Assembly: GCA_963770835.1 (NCBI GenBank)
Contig: CAVYRH010000019.1
Location: forward strand, 32,001 to 96,000
Reading direction: 5' to 3'
Length of the DNA: 64,000 bases
Source of the DNA: an uncultured Pseudomonadota bacterium
GTDB taxonomy: Bacteria; Oederibacteriota; Muellerivitia; Muellerivitales; Muellerivitaceae
Part shown: piece after piece, positions 51,761-61,547 of the stretch
How the letters are laid out: each line of letters opens with the position of its first letter
Numbering within the stretch: position 1 is the stretch's first letter
Made by a program: the position numbers and the translations under genes
Notes under the pieces: model-generated
What the model saw: the letters and a program-made list of their open reading frames with translations, nothing else
Database searches by the model: none
Told to the model about the DNA's origin: nothing

Positions 51761-53062
51761 ATGAAGAAGAACTTCTGGAACTTGCTGGGGTTGGCCTCAG
51801 GCGTACTGTCGCTTTACCTGGCTGGATGCAACAGATTGACCTCCGTGACCGCACCCGACATTCCAAACAACCCAAACAATTCCAGTTCCGCCACGGTGTA
51901 TACACCCCCGCAGGCCAACAACATGCTGGGTTCGGGGCTCTACAATTTTTATAAGGGCCAAAACGGCAACATCTTCTTCTCGCCTTTCAGCATCATCACT
52001 TGCATGGCCATGGCCCAGGAGGGCGCGGTAGGGCCCACCCAGGCCCAGATGCAGACGGTCTTGAACCTAAACCCCAACACCACGGCACGGCTGTCCGGAT
52101 TCCAGCAGCTCATCAATGACCTCAACGCCCCAAGCAAGCCCTACACACTGGCGACCGCCGACAACTTGTGGCCCCAGCAGGGTTTCCCCATTCTTTCATC
52201 CTATATCAACACCCTGCAGACTTATTACAACTCCGGCGTGACGGATGTGGATTACATTGGGAATGCCGCGGGGGCGGTCCAAACCATCGATGGCGCGGTA
52301 TCGCAGGAAACTGACGGTTATATTCCCCAACTTCTCACCTCGGTTCCCAACGGGACCAAGCTGGTCTTGACCAACGCCCTTTATTTCCAGGCCGACTGGC
52401 AGAGCCAATTCGTCACCACGGGCACCAATCTACAGGCGTTTAATCTCCCTTCAGGCGGAAACGAATCGGTGAGCATGATGCACGAGGCTTTGTCCGCCAA
52501 TATCGCCACTTACAACGGGGCAGCCAGTGTAATTGCCCTGCCGTACAAGAATAACGGGGCTTCCATGTATATCTTCCTGCCCCCCTCGGGTGGGATGGCC
52601 GCCTTGGAAGGCCTCATGACGGGGCCCAATATCAACTCTTGGCTCAGCGCCAACGGATCGGCTATGACAGTTTCAGGCCCGTCGGCCTCATCCGTTTCCT
52701 TGAGCCTGCCGAAGTTCACCTTTAAGACCCAATATGACCTCGGAAGTACCCTTTCATCCATGGGTATGCCCCTGGCCTTTTCCCTGCCGGGCCCCAACGG
52801 GGCGAATTTCTCCGGTATCGACGGGAACCTAGACCTTTACATCACTAAGGTCATCCACGAGGCCTATATCGATGTAAACGAATCGGGGACCACCGCCGCT
52901 GCGGCCACAGCCGTCATTTTTGGGACCTATTCGGTTGTTACCTTTCCATTGAACACGGTCCCTTTCACGGTGGACCGCCCCTTCATCTTCATGATCGTGG
53001 ATAACGCCACCGGCACGGTGTTGTTCATGGGCCGGGTGAACGACCCCCTCGCCTCAAGCTAA
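51761..53062 (+). CDS. Serpin lipoprotein
   Basis: LAGC lipobox; NIFFSPFSI, NALYFQADW, NESGTTAAAAT hinge, DRPFIFMI. Confidence 0.93.
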   Translation: MKKNFWNLLGLASGVLSLYLAGCNRLTSVTAPDIPNNPNNSSSATVYTPPQANNMLGSGLYNFYKGQNGNIFFSPFSIITCMAMAQEGAVGPTQAQMQTVLNLNPNTTARLSGFQQLINDLNAPSKPYTLATADNLWPQQGFPILSSYINTLQTYYNSGVTDVDYIGNAAGAVQTIDGAVSQETDGYIPQLLTSVPNGTKLVLTNALYFQADWQSQFVTTGTNLQAFNLPSGGNESVSMMHEALSANIATYNGAASVIALPYKNNGASMYIFLPPSGGMAALEGLMTGPNINSWLSANGSAMTVSGPSASSVSLSLPKFTFKTQYDLGSTLSSMGMPLAFSLPGPNGANFSGIDGNLDLYITKVIHEAYIDVNESGTTAAAATAVIFGTYSVVTFPLNTVPFTVDRPFIFMIVDNATGTVLFMGRVNDPLASS

Positions 53063-53092
53063 AGGAGCGCCAGGTCCAAAAAAGAAAAGCTG

Positions 53093-53153
53093 TTTAGCCA
53101 TAGATAAATGGGATTCAACCAGATAGCAAAAACCAACATCCATTGTTTGAAAC
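53093..53153. repeat. Left-arm copy of the TTTAGCCA(C/T)AGATAAATGGGA element
   Basis: ~60 bp similar to 60021-60082. Confidence 0.65.
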
Positions 53154-53168
53154 CCCATGGGTTTGGTT

Positions 53169-53849
53169 TTAATTTTTAGAGGGTGTTGGTGCCGGGGCAG
53201 GCTGGGCCAAGGCATAAAACGGGAGCTTCTCGACCGTAGCATAAAGGGGCCAGGGTTCATCTTTGAATACCGCGTCTTTCACTTCCCGCCCGTTGCTGGT
53301 ATTGAAGCACCGGGGGCTGGACTTCTTGATGCATTTGCCGTGGTTATCGTAAAAACGGTCCCGGATGACCTTCACGAGAAACTGTTGTTCCTGGCCCTTC
53401 CCTTCCTCATAGGCCCCGAATCTCCGGAAGTCCGAATGGATCTTCTGGAGAGTGCCGTCCTCGCGGAAATAATATTTCAGGTTCTGGACCCATTCTTTCG
53501 TGGGGCTCTCGAATTCCAAGGAAACCAGCACGGGAGCCGGGCCCTTGAAATAAGCCGACGCTTTTCGGAAACATCCTTTGGGACAGGCCGTTTGGAGGGC
53601 TGTCTCCGAAGGGTATTCGGTCCAGGAGACGGGCTGGGTGTAGGACAAAGCGGCGAAAAACCGGGGGGACAAGGCATTGCTCTTGAAGTCCGAATCGATG
53701 GCCTTACAGGAGAGGTTGATTTGGCCTAATTCCTTCGCCGTCCCGGCCCACAAAAGCGGGGAGGATAATCCTAAAAGCGAGATCATGAACCCAATGGGCG
53801 CGAATTTCGCCCGGAGTCCCGCGGTCTTCCATCGGTCATTGATATTCAT
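53169..53849 (-). CDS. Hypothetical exported protein
   Basis: Signal-like N-terminus; AAAAGG SD; 226 aa. Confidence 0.6.
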   Translation of the reverse strand: MNINDRWKTAGLRAKFAPIGFMISLLGLSSPLLWAGTAKELGQINLSCKAIDSDFKSNALSPRFFAALSYTQPVSWTEYPSETALQTACPKGCFRKASAYFKGPAPVLVSLEFESPTKEWVQNLKYYFREDGTLQKIHSDFRRFGAYEEGKGQEQQFLVKVIRDRFYDNHGKCIKKSSPRCFNTSNGREVKDAVFKDEPWPLYATVEKLPFYALAQPAPAPTPSKN

Positions 53850-53888
53850 TTACCTTTTTCTATTTTTGATGGGAATCACAGCCAGGAA

Positions 53889-54071
53889 TTACGTTTCGCT
53901 TTCGGAACCACCCTCGAGTATCTCCATGGTCTTCTCAGCAAAATTCTTGGGCAGGGACCGGCCCTTCCAGGCCTTTTGGTATTCTTTCTTCCAGGCCGGG
54001 TGCTTTTGAAGGAAGTTCCGGTCCGCTTCGCTTAATTTTTTCAGCCAATCCTCAAAGGCCTCAAGATCCAT
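53889..54071 (-). CDS. Small hypothetical protein
   Basis: ATG start with purine-rich SD; co-oriented with neighbours. Confidence 0.45.
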   Translation of the reverse strand: MDLEAFEDWLKKLSEADRNFLQKHPAWKKEYQKAWKGRSLPKNFAEKTMEILEGGSESET

Positions 54072-54112
54072 CGTTCTTTCCCCCGCGACTTCCCCCTTGG
54101 TTTCTCAAGGGG

Positions 54113-55264
54113 TCATTTGCCCGGCGGATTCGTTCCACCATTAGCCGGATTTCCATCGGCATCGAACATTTGAAAGGAACCGTCGTCAAAAATCGCGAGG
54201 ATTTGAAGGGGCTTGCCGTCCTGGCCGTTGGAAAACTTCACTTCTTTTACGCCCGAAGCCAGGTAAAAAGGCTTGTTATCGGTATCACCCGGCGCGATGT
54301 CGTAAAGGAAGGCGTCCCCACCCGAGATCTTCACCATCCGGCTTCCGTCCTTGCTGCTATAGGAAACGCTGGGGCCCGGGACTTGCGCGGTTCCCGGGGC
54401 CTGGCCGTTTCCCGGCGGCGGAGCGGTGGAGGCGGTTTGGTTGGCCGGCGCGGTGGCCGATTCATACTGGCCGTTGTTGTAAACATAGGTCACGTTTACC
54501 GAGGGATCCTGCCACCACCAATATCCCTGATGCCAATAGCACCAGCGGTAATAAACCGGGTCATACCACCAAAAATTTCCCGCGTACCAGCGCGACCAGA
54601 AACAGTTCCCGCCCCAGTACCATCCGTACCAGTGGTAGCCCCAGGGGTCGTAGTAATGGCAGTAATTGTAACCCCCCCAGCTGTGCCAATAGTAATGGTT
54701 CACCGCGATTTCACTTCTGTTGTAACCCCCGATCTGGGCCGTGAAAGTCGCGTTACCGGCGAAACCGTTCATGTGGTTTTGAACCACCACGGCGTTGGCG
54801 CCCCGGGGTTCGATGACCGAGGCCTGCAAGGCGTGCCCATCGGGGCCGGTGGAGGGACGGGTGAAGGTGGAGTGCGTGCGGTCAGCCATGAGTATGTTCG
54901 ACCGGGCAAGGGGATGAGGCAAGTGGGTGATGCCCATGCTTTGGAGGTGCGGTGAAATCCGCTGGGATTGGTTCGAGGGGTGGTTGGTGAACCCATGGGG
55001 CTGGGCGGCCTGGCCGGCCGGGCGATTGCCCCCGTTACGGTCGAATTGATGGGGAGACGTTTGGCCGTTTCTTACCCCGGGATTGGCCCGGTTGGAGCGC
55101 CTTTGATTCCTTCCGTTGCGGTTGCCCTTTTTAGGATGCCCATTACCGTTGTTATCCCCGTAACCCGATCCACCGCCTGAACCCCGGTCTTTTCCGTCTT
55201 GGGCCCAGACCGCGGCGGATGAAAAAAGGATTAAAGTCAAAAAAACGGCCAATGGCTTATTCAT
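54113..55264 (-). CDS. Exported protein with Trp/Tyr-rich repeat core
   Basis: Signal peptide; HYYWHSWGGY..GYHWYGWYWGG..WWYDP..WWWQDP. Confidence 0.7.
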   Translation of the reverse strand: MNKPLAVFLTLILFSSAAVWAQDGKDRGSGGGSGYGDNNGNGHPKKGNRNGRNQRRSNRANPGVRNGQTSPHQFDRNGGNRPAGQAAQPHGFTNHPSNQSQRISPHLQSMGITHLPHPLARSNILMADRTHSTFTRPSTGPDGHALQASVIEPRGANAVVVQNHMNGFAGNATFTAQIGGYNRSEIAVNHYYWHSWGGYNYCHYYDPWGYHWYGWYWGGNCFWSRWYAGNFWWYDPVYYRWCYWHQGYWWWQDPSVNVTYVYNNGQYESATAPANQTASTAPPPGNGQAPGTAQVPGPSVSYSSKDGSRMVKISGGDAFLYDIAPGDTDNKPFYLASGVKEVKFSNGQDGKPLQILAIFDDGSFQMFDADGNPANGGTNPPGK

Positions 55265-55446
55265 TTAGTTCCCCCTCAAGGATGAAGCTATTATCCCATT
55301 TCGGGTCTTATTCTTCAGTATTTTGACGCTTACAGGGGATGTTTTGTTTCCTCACCGGGAATAACCCATCATCGTTTTTCCGGCGAGGATCAAGGGACGA
55401 AAGGGCGGGCTGGTTCAAGCGAGGGATTTACCCATAAAAACAAAGA

Positions 55447-55472
55447 GCCTCCGCAACCAAGGTTGCGGAGGC
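55447..55472 (-). terminator. Stem-loop terminator
   Basis: GCCTCCGCAACC-AA-GGTTGCGGAGGC followed by a T-rich tract on the minus strand. Confidence 0.7.
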
Positions 55473-55501
55473 CTAGGAATAACTTTCAGCTTCCAAACGG
55501 A

Positions 55502-55648
55502 TCAGTACCCTCCACCACTATGTGAAACAGGGGTCCCAGTCGCTGTACCGGAACCAGTGGGAGCGGTGGAACTGGAACTGCCGTTACAGGCCAAGCTGAG
55601 ACAGCCTAGGAACAAAAAGGTAAAACCCATCAAAATCCATTTTTTCAT
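55502..55648 (-). CDS. Small lipoprotein (48 aa), not in the ORF track
   Basis: GAGGGG SD; MKKWILMGFTFLFLGCLSLACNGSSSSTAPTGSGTATGTPVSHSGGGY. Confidence 0.65.
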   Translation of the reverse strand: MKKWILMGFTFLFLGCLSLACNGSSSSTAPTGSGTATGTPVSHSGGGY

Positions 55649-55715
55649 TCAGCTCACCCCTCTTCTACTAAGAACTAGTTTGGCCGGTAAAGTCGCCACG
55701 CCTTAGGCCGTTTAC

Positions 55716-56192
55716 TCAGTTAACGTTAATGATCCCCGCCATGGCGCTGCAATTGGTGGAGCCGCAGCCCGTATCGTTGGTGCAACTGGTGGCGTGGGCG
55801 CTGCAGTGGAAGTAATAGGTTCCCGCGGCCAGGGTTTGGGTGACCGAACCCGTGGCGCCCGTGGCAATACACGCGCTGGTTCCATTGTCGAAATATAAAG
55901 GATGGAAGCTGGAGCCCTGGATGATAACGACATTCCCGACGTGGGCGGCGATGGTTAAAAGTCCCCCGGTTCCGGTGGAACCACCGCTGGAAGAGGTATA
56001 AATATAACCCGTTGCCGACGAACCGCTAGAAGCCGCTGAAACCGTGATAGTGGTTCCTCCGCTGTTTCCCCCGCCACTGTTGTTATTTCCCCCGGAACTC
56101 GTGGGGCTCGTGCCGGTATTGCTTTGGCAAGCCACTTGAAAAGCCACCAATAAAAAACTTAAAGCCGCAACCCAAAGATATTTCCCCTTCAT
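55716..56192 (-). CDS. Cupredoxin-like lipoprotein
   Basis: VAC lipobox; FHPL..GTYYFHCSAH..MAGIINV type-1 copper ligand pattern. Confidence 0.7.
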   Translation of the reverse strand: MKGKYLWVAALSFLLVAFQVACQSNTGTSPTSSGGNNNSGGGNSGGTTITVSAASSGSSATGYIYTSSSGGSTGTGGLLTIAAHVGNVVIIQGSSFHPLYFDNGTSACIATGATGSVTQTLAAGTYYFHCSAHATSCTNDTGCGSTNCSAMAGIINVN

Positions 56193-56449
56193 GAACAACC
56201 TCCCCGGGTAACCCCCAATCCTCTTGGGAAGAAGGAAACCCTTCCGTGCCGTGATTTAACTGCTCGCTTTTAAATACAGCGGAAGGGAGGAAATGTTACG
56301 AACCTGGGGGCGGACACAGGTAAACTTTGGAAAAAGCAGAATGGGGGAAACTACTTCGGAAAAGAAAAAAGGTTACAGCACTTTGTCCGGAATGAACGTT
56401 CGATATTACGGCGTTAAAAGACTAAGACCACCTAACAAAAGCCCATTTC

Positions 56450-56633
56450 ACCGCCAAGACGCCAAGGACCCAAGAACAGCGAAAGAAAACACCCCCCAAA
56501 AACATTCAAATCCTAAATATTTTTGTCTTTTTTGGCGGACTTGTGCCGATTTGCCATAAAGAAGTTAAGGGAATCGGTACTATGCCGACCTCTTTAAAGT
56601 CTTATATGAAGGTCGGCATGGCGTCTTAGCGGT
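56450..56633. repeat. ACCGCCAAGACGCCAAG inverted-repeat element whose right arm is interrupted
   Basis: Left arm 56450-56466; right arm CTTG (56540-43) + GCGTCTTAGCGGT (56621-33). Confidence 0.7.
56542..56620. mobile_element. Double-hairpin miniature element, copy 3
   Basis: TGTGCCGATT..AATCGGTAC-TATGCCGACCT..AGGTCGGCA-TG. Confidence 0.75.
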
Positions 56634-56681
56634 TGGACAGGTTTTATTAGAGACTCTCGATCACTGACGGAAAAAATTGAG

Positions 56682-58664
56682 TTACTGTTTCCCCTCCACC
56701 AACTTGTCGACCACCGAGGGGTCGGCCAGGGTGGAGGTATCCCCCAGGTTGCCGGTGTCGTTTTCGGCGATCTTCCTCAAAATACGCCGCATGATTTTCC
56801 CGCTGCGGGTCTTGGGAAGCCCGATGGCGAACTGGATCTTGTCCGGCTGGGCGATGGCCCCGATTTCCTTGCGCACGTGCTGAACCAATTCCTTTTTAAT
56901 ATCCTCCGACGGCGCCACCCCTTCCTTCAAGGTCACGTAAGCGTAGAGGGCCTGCCCCTTGATGTCGTGGGGATAGCCCACCACCGCGGCCTCGGACACT
57001 TTGAAGTTGGAAACCAGGGCGCTTTCCACTTCGGCCGTCCCGATGCGGTGGCCTGAGATATTGACCACGTCGTCCACCCTCCCCAGCAGCCAGTAATCTC
57101 CGTCCGGGTCGATGCGGCAGCCGTCCCCCGTGAAATACACGTTGGGGAAGGTGGAGAAATAAGTGTTGATGAACCGCTCGTGGTCGCCCCAGGTGGTGCG
57201 CATCATGCCGGGCCAGGGCTTCTTGATGCAAAGTTTCCCGCCCTCGTTGGGTTTGCATTCGGTGCCGTCATCCCTCAAGACCACCGGCTCCACCCCGAAG
57301 AAAGGCTTCGAGGCGCTTCCGGGCTTCAGGGTATGGGCCCCCGGCAGGGGCGTGATCATGAACCCGCCCGTTTCGGTCTGCCACCAGGTGTCCACGATGG
57401 GGCAGTTGCCGCGCCCCACGTTGCGGTGGTACCACAGCCAGGCCTCCGGATTGATCGGTTCCCCCACCGAGCCCAGGATCTTCAGCGAACCCAGGTCGTA
57501 TTTTTTCGGCCAGTCTTCCCCCTCCCGCATCAGGGCCCGGATGGCCGTGGGGGCGGTGTAAAAGATATTCACCTTGTGCTTCGAGACGACCTGCCAGAAA
57601 CGCCCGGGGTCGGGATAATTGGGCACGCCCTCGAACATCAGGGAGGTGGCACCGTTGGCCAGCGGGCCGTAGACGATGTAACTATGTCCCGTCACCCATC
57701 CGATGTCCGCCGTGCACCAATAGAGCTCCCCGGGGTGGTAGTCAAAAACGTACCGGTGCGTCATGGCCACCCACAAGAGATAACCCGCCGTGGTATGCAA
57801 AACCCCCTTGGGCTTGCCCGTGGAACCTGAGGTATAAAGAATGAAAAGCGGGTCTTCCGCTTTCATGGGTCGGGCGGTATGGTTGGGGTCGGCTCTCTCT
57901 ATCTCCTCATGCCACCAAAAATCACGGCCCGCCTTCATTTTGACCTCTCCACCCCCCCGCTGGAAAACCACCACGCTTTTAACCGAGGGGCATTCCCGCA
58001 AAGCCTCATCCACGATGCCCTTGAGCGGTATCTCCCGCCCCGCCCGGAAGGCCACGTCCGCCGTGACGACCGCCGCGTTGTCCGAGTCCTGGATGCGGCT
58101 CTTGAGCGACTCGGCGGAAAAGCCTCCGAACACCACCGAGTGGACCGCCCCGATGCGGGCGCAAGCCAAAAGGGCCACGGCCGCCTCCGGCACCATGGGC
58201 ATGTAAACGCAGACGCGGTCGCCCTTTTTAACGCCCTTGGAAAGGAGCACGTTGGAAAACCGGCAGACCAGCTCGTGCAGTTCCGCGTAGGTAATCCGGC
58301 GGACCTCCTCGTCCTTCTCTCCTTGCCAAAGGATGGCAATCCTGTCCTTGGCGGGGCCGTTCAAATGCCGGTCCAGGCAATTGACGGAAACATTCAATTC
58401 CCCATCCTCAAACCAGGTGTGTTGGATGACCCGTTTTTTCGTGTCCCAGGTATATTCCAAAGTCTTTGCGGGTTGTTTGAACCATTGGAGTTCCTTCGAG
58501 GCCTGCTCCAGCCAAAAAGCGTGGGAATCCTTGACCGAGCGGTCGTACATTTCCCTGTATTTTTCGGGGGATCCTATATAAGCCTTGGCCGAAAGGGTCG
58601 CGGGAGGCGGAAAGCTCAGCGTATCCTTTTGTAAGGAAGTGATGGATTGGTCTTGCGAAGGCAT
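56682..58664 (-). CDS. acs: Acetyl-CoA synthetase
   Basis: [33 protein letters not shown]. Confidence 0.97.
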   Translation of the reverse strand: MPSQDQSITSLQKDTLSFPPPATLSAKAYIGSPEKYREMYDRSVKDSHAFWLEQASKELQWFKQPAKTLEYTWDTKKRVIQHTWFEDGELNVSVNCLDRHLNGPAKDRIAILWQGEKDEEVRRITYAELHELVCRFSNVLLSKGVKKGDRVCVYMPMVPEAAVALLACARIGAVHSVVFGGFSAESLKSRIQDSDNAAVVTADVAFRAGREIPLKGIVDEALRECPSVKSVVVFQRGGGEVKMKAGRDFWWHEEIERADPNHTARPMKAEDPLFILYTSGSTGKPKGVLHTTAGYLLWVAMTHRYVFDYHPGELYWCTADIGWVTGHSYIVYGPLANGATSLMFEGVPNYPDPGRFWQVVSKHKVNIFYTAPTAIRALMREGEDWPKKYDLGSLKILGSVGEPINPEAWLWYHRNVGRGNCPIVDTWWQTETGGFMITPLPGAHTLKPGSASKPFFGVEPVVLRDDGTECKPNEGGKLCIKKPWPGMMRTTWGDHERFINTYFSTFPNVYFTGDGCRIDPDGDYWLLGRVDDVVNISGHRIGTAEVESALVSNFKVSEAAVVGYPHDIKGQALYAYVTLKEGVAPSEDIKKELVQHVRKEIGAIAQPDKIQFAIGLPKTRSGKIMRRILRKIAENDTGNLGDTSTLADPSVVDKLVEGKQ

Positions 58665-58817
58665 TTTTCCTCCTTAAAATGGGGTCTAGGTGCGGTCCCT
58701 AGTCTAATGCGGGGGCCTTTAAAGATAAACTAATCCTCTGACAAACCGGAAAAATCGTAACTCTTTCGCAACGAAGGTGAAAAAATTCCGCAATTTAGCT
58801 GAAAACGATCGGAGATT

Positions 58818-59966
58818 ATGAAAATCCTCATCGCACCCGATAAGTTTAAAGGCGTCTCCACGGCCCAGGAAGTCGCCGAAATCCTGAGGAACCAAATCCA
58901 AAAGCACCTTCCCGACGCACAAATCCGCCTCTGCCCCGTGGCCGATGGGGGAGAAGGCACCCTAACTTCCATCATTTACCTGCTCAAGGGCAGAACCATC
59001 AATACGACGGTCAATGATCCCCTCATGAGGCCCAAACAGGTCCAATTCGGGATGGCCCAACTCCCTGAAAAAGAAACCGCCATCGTTGAAATGGCCCAGG
59101 CCTCCGGCCTTTTCCGCCTGGCCCCGTCGGAATTCAACCCCCTGGAGACCACCAGTTACGGCACGGGGGAGATTGTTGTCGAGGCCGTGAAAAAACACAA
59201 CGCGCGCCACTTGCGCATATCCCTGGGCGGTAGCGCGACCGTGGATGGTGGCTTGGGTTTCCTCCAGGCCCTAGGGGCCGTTATCAAATCGAAGTCCCCT
59301 CTTCCGCCCAAAGGCCTTTCCGGAAAACACCTGTCTCTAATCCAATCCATCGATTTGGAGCCCGCCCGCCTTCTCTTGCGGGGGATCGATATTACGGGGC
59401 TCGTGGATGTCAATGTTCCCCTCTTGGGGGACCACGGGGCGGCCCGGTTTTTCGGGCCCTTTAAAGGCGCCACGCCTGAAATGGTGGAGGAACTGGAAAA
59501 GGGGCTTTACCATTTTGAGTTGTTGCTGGCCAAGGCCTGCGCGATGCTTTTGAAAAACGAAAAAGGCTCGGGGGCCGCCGGCGGGATGGGCATGGCCCTG
59601 CTGGCCCTGGGTGCGAGGCTGGAAAGCGGGTTCGATTTCGTGGCCCAGACCCTCAAACTGGAAGAGCAAATGAAGGGCTGCGACCTAGTCATCACGGGGG
59701 AAGGCCGCTTGGACAATTCCAGCCGCGAGGGAAAGGCACCCGTGGCCGTGGCCCTGATGGCCCAAAAGCTGGGCATCCGTTGCATCGCCATCGTCGGTGC
59801 CGTCGACCCCGGCGTGGGCTGGCTGAAGGAAGTCGGCATCTCCAAAGTGCTTCCACTTTTCGACACCCCCATCATCGGGGACGACCCCCGCAAGTTGGAA
59901 GTTCCCCACCGCTTCGCCGAAATCGTGGCTACCCTTTTCAGCAAAGAACAGGCCTTCAAGGTTTAG
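58818..59966 (+). CDS. glxK: Glycerate kinase (GlxK/GarK family)
   Basis: IAPDKFKG, ADGGEGT, GGSATVDGG, GAAGG, ITGEGRLD. Confidence 0.92.
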   Translation: MKILIAPDKFKGVSTAQEVAEILRNQIQKHLPDAQIRLCPVADGGEGTLTSIIYLLKGRTINTTVNDPLMRPKQVQFGMAQLPEKETAIVEMAQASGLFRLAPSEFNPLETTSYGTGEIVVEAVKKHNARHLRISLGGSATVDGGLGFLQALGAVIKSKSPLPPKGLSGKHLSLIQSIDLEPARLLLRGIDITGLVDVNVPLLGDHGAARFFGPFKGATPEMVEELEKGLYHFELLLAKACAMLLKNEKGSGAAGGMGMALLALGARLESGFDFVAQTLKLEEQMKGCDLVITGEGRLDNSSREGKAPVAVALMAQKLGIRCIAIVGAVDPGVGWLKEVGISKVLPLFDTPIIGDDPRKLEVPHRFAEIVATLFSKEQAFKV

Positions 59967-60020
59967 AACTTCTAGCAAAGCCCAAATTTGACAAAACAAT
60001 TCAGAAAATACCAAAGACTA

Positions 60021-60156
60021 TTTAGCCACAGATAAATGGGATTAACTCAGATGGCAAAAACAACTACCGATTGTTTTAAACTTAAATGAATTTCCGGGTT
60101 TTTAGAATTCGATTTTTCCAAATCCATCCCCTATATCCCATTCATCTGTGGCAAAA
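60021..60156. mobile_element. MITE-like element with 21 bp imperfect terminal inverted repeats
   Basis: TTTAGCCACAGATAAATGGGA ... TCCCATTCATCTGTGGCAAAA (19/21 match). Confidence 0.65.
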
Positions 60157-60218
60157 ATGATTTGTTTTGTGAAGTGCTTAGTTCCGTTTTGGGTGGAGTC
60201 TTAATCCCCGCCGCAATC

Positions 60219-60821
60219 CTACTTCAAAAGAAAATGAACTAGAACCCAGCCCGGAAGGGTTCCGAGGACTATCGCCACGATAACCCCCGGAATACTTTTA
60301 AGGAGTCCCGGCGTTAATTTGTTCAATGAAACCTTGATCGGATAGACAATTTGCTCCCCCCCGCCGTTGACCAGGCAGGCGCAATTGGGGCAAAGGTAAG
60401 TCACCCACAAGCCGAGCTGGAAGGAAACCGGTTGGAACCGGAACGTTTGGGTTTGGTAGCACTGGGGGCAGGAAAACTTCCGGAAGCCCGGCAGGACCCA
60501 TAAAAAAACGCCGTTTTTCACGAACCTCAAAACCAAAAACAGAACCGCCCAAACCAATAAAACCACCGCCAGCCCCAAGGCGGGTGCCCTTCCCGACCTT
60601 TCCAAATAAGCCCCGCTAACCTGGGCCAGAAGGCCGATTCCCAAAGCCCAAAGAAACACCGTTAAAAAGTGTTTCGTGAATTTTTGGGTGGAAAGGCGGA
60701 CATTCCCGTTCGAATCCACTTCCATGCAATGGAAACCCGCCAGCCAGGAAAAGAAGCCGATGGTGTAGCCCAGCAAAAGCTGTGAGATTCCAATCGATTT
60801 TTTATTTTGTTCCGGAGACAT
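60219..60821 (-). CDS. Membrane protein with CxxC..CxxC zinc-ribbon motif
   Basis: TM segments; CPQC and CPNC. Confidence 0.6.
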   Translation of the reverse strand: MSPEQNKKSIGISQLLLGYTIGFFSWLAGFHCMEVDSNGNVRLSTQKFTKHFLTVFLWALGIGLLAQVSGAYLERSGRAPALGLAVVLLVWAVLFLVLRFVKNGVFLWVLPGFRKFSCPQCYQTQTFRFQPVSFQLGLWVTYLCPNCACLVNGGGEQIVYPIKVSLNKLTPGLLKSIPGVIVAIVLGTLPGWVLVHFLLK

Positions 60822-60882
60822 AGGCGCCCCTTTCTTCGTCGATATCAATTAAGGGATAAGGGATTAATGACTTCTATGTTTT

Positions 60883-61179
60883 TTAAGTACGATCTTTCCA
60901 ACGGCGCGGATGGCGGCCACAATGCATGACAGCAACGACCACCGCGACATCATTTACAATCCGATAATAGACGCCGAATGGAAACCGATGGATGAGGGCT
61001 CGCCGGGTGTTTCGATGAACAACGGGGTACATCGAGGGGTTGGATTCGATACTGGCAATGATCGCTAAAACATCATCAAGGAACTCATGGCCAAGGCCTT
61101 GCCTTTGCTTTTGATACCAACCCGCGGCATCCAGGAGATCCTCCGATGCCTCCGGGCGAAGCCTGGCCGCAAAACTCAA
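60883..61179 (-). CDS. RelE/ParE-family toxin
   Basis: EASEDLLDAAGWY..GLGHEF..RFPFGVYY..AVMHCGRHP. Confidence 0.9.
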   Translation of the reverse strand: MSFAARLRPEASEDLLDAAGWYQKQRQGLGHEFLDDVLAIIASIESNPSMYPVVHRNTRRALIHRFPFGVYYRIVNDVAVVVAVMHCGRHPRRWKDRT

Positions 61180-61385
61180 ATCTTACGCCGAATCTCAGAG
61201 ATGGTCTCAACTGCCGGACGGCCCTGGTTTCCATCCGACTCGAAAGCATCAAGACGCCTATCCAATTCAGCTTTTTCATCATCCGTGAGTGGCAATGCAC
61301 CCTGGTCAGCCGCGATACTGTCCCAGAGTTCTTCAACAAGCTTGATTCGCTCGTCTATCGGCAGATTACGGATTTTTACGTTCAT
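61176..61385 (-). CDS. Addiction-module antitoxin (TIGR02574 type)
   Basis: LPIDERIKLVEELWDSI..ELDRRL; 4 bp overlap with the toxin. Confidence 0.9.
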   Translation of the reverse strand: MNVKIRNLPIDERIKLVEELWDSIAADQGALPLTDDEKAELDRRLDAFESDGNQGRPAVETISEIRRKI

Positions 61386-61547
61386 CGTCTCGCTCCTGTC
61401 AAACAGCCCACAAAACCATTGGAGAAATTATATCCCTAACAGGGTGCTGAAAAAATGCCTTTTCACCTTGGCGATAAAAAAAGGGGAACTCCATGGATTG
61501 CGGCGGAAGGTTTTGAACACCGGCCTGGCCCGGTTGTTTCTGCCGGA

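Noticed and set aside
60883..61385. Prophage or integrative element around the TA pair
   Set aside because: No integrase, phage genes, tRNA or att repeats are visible
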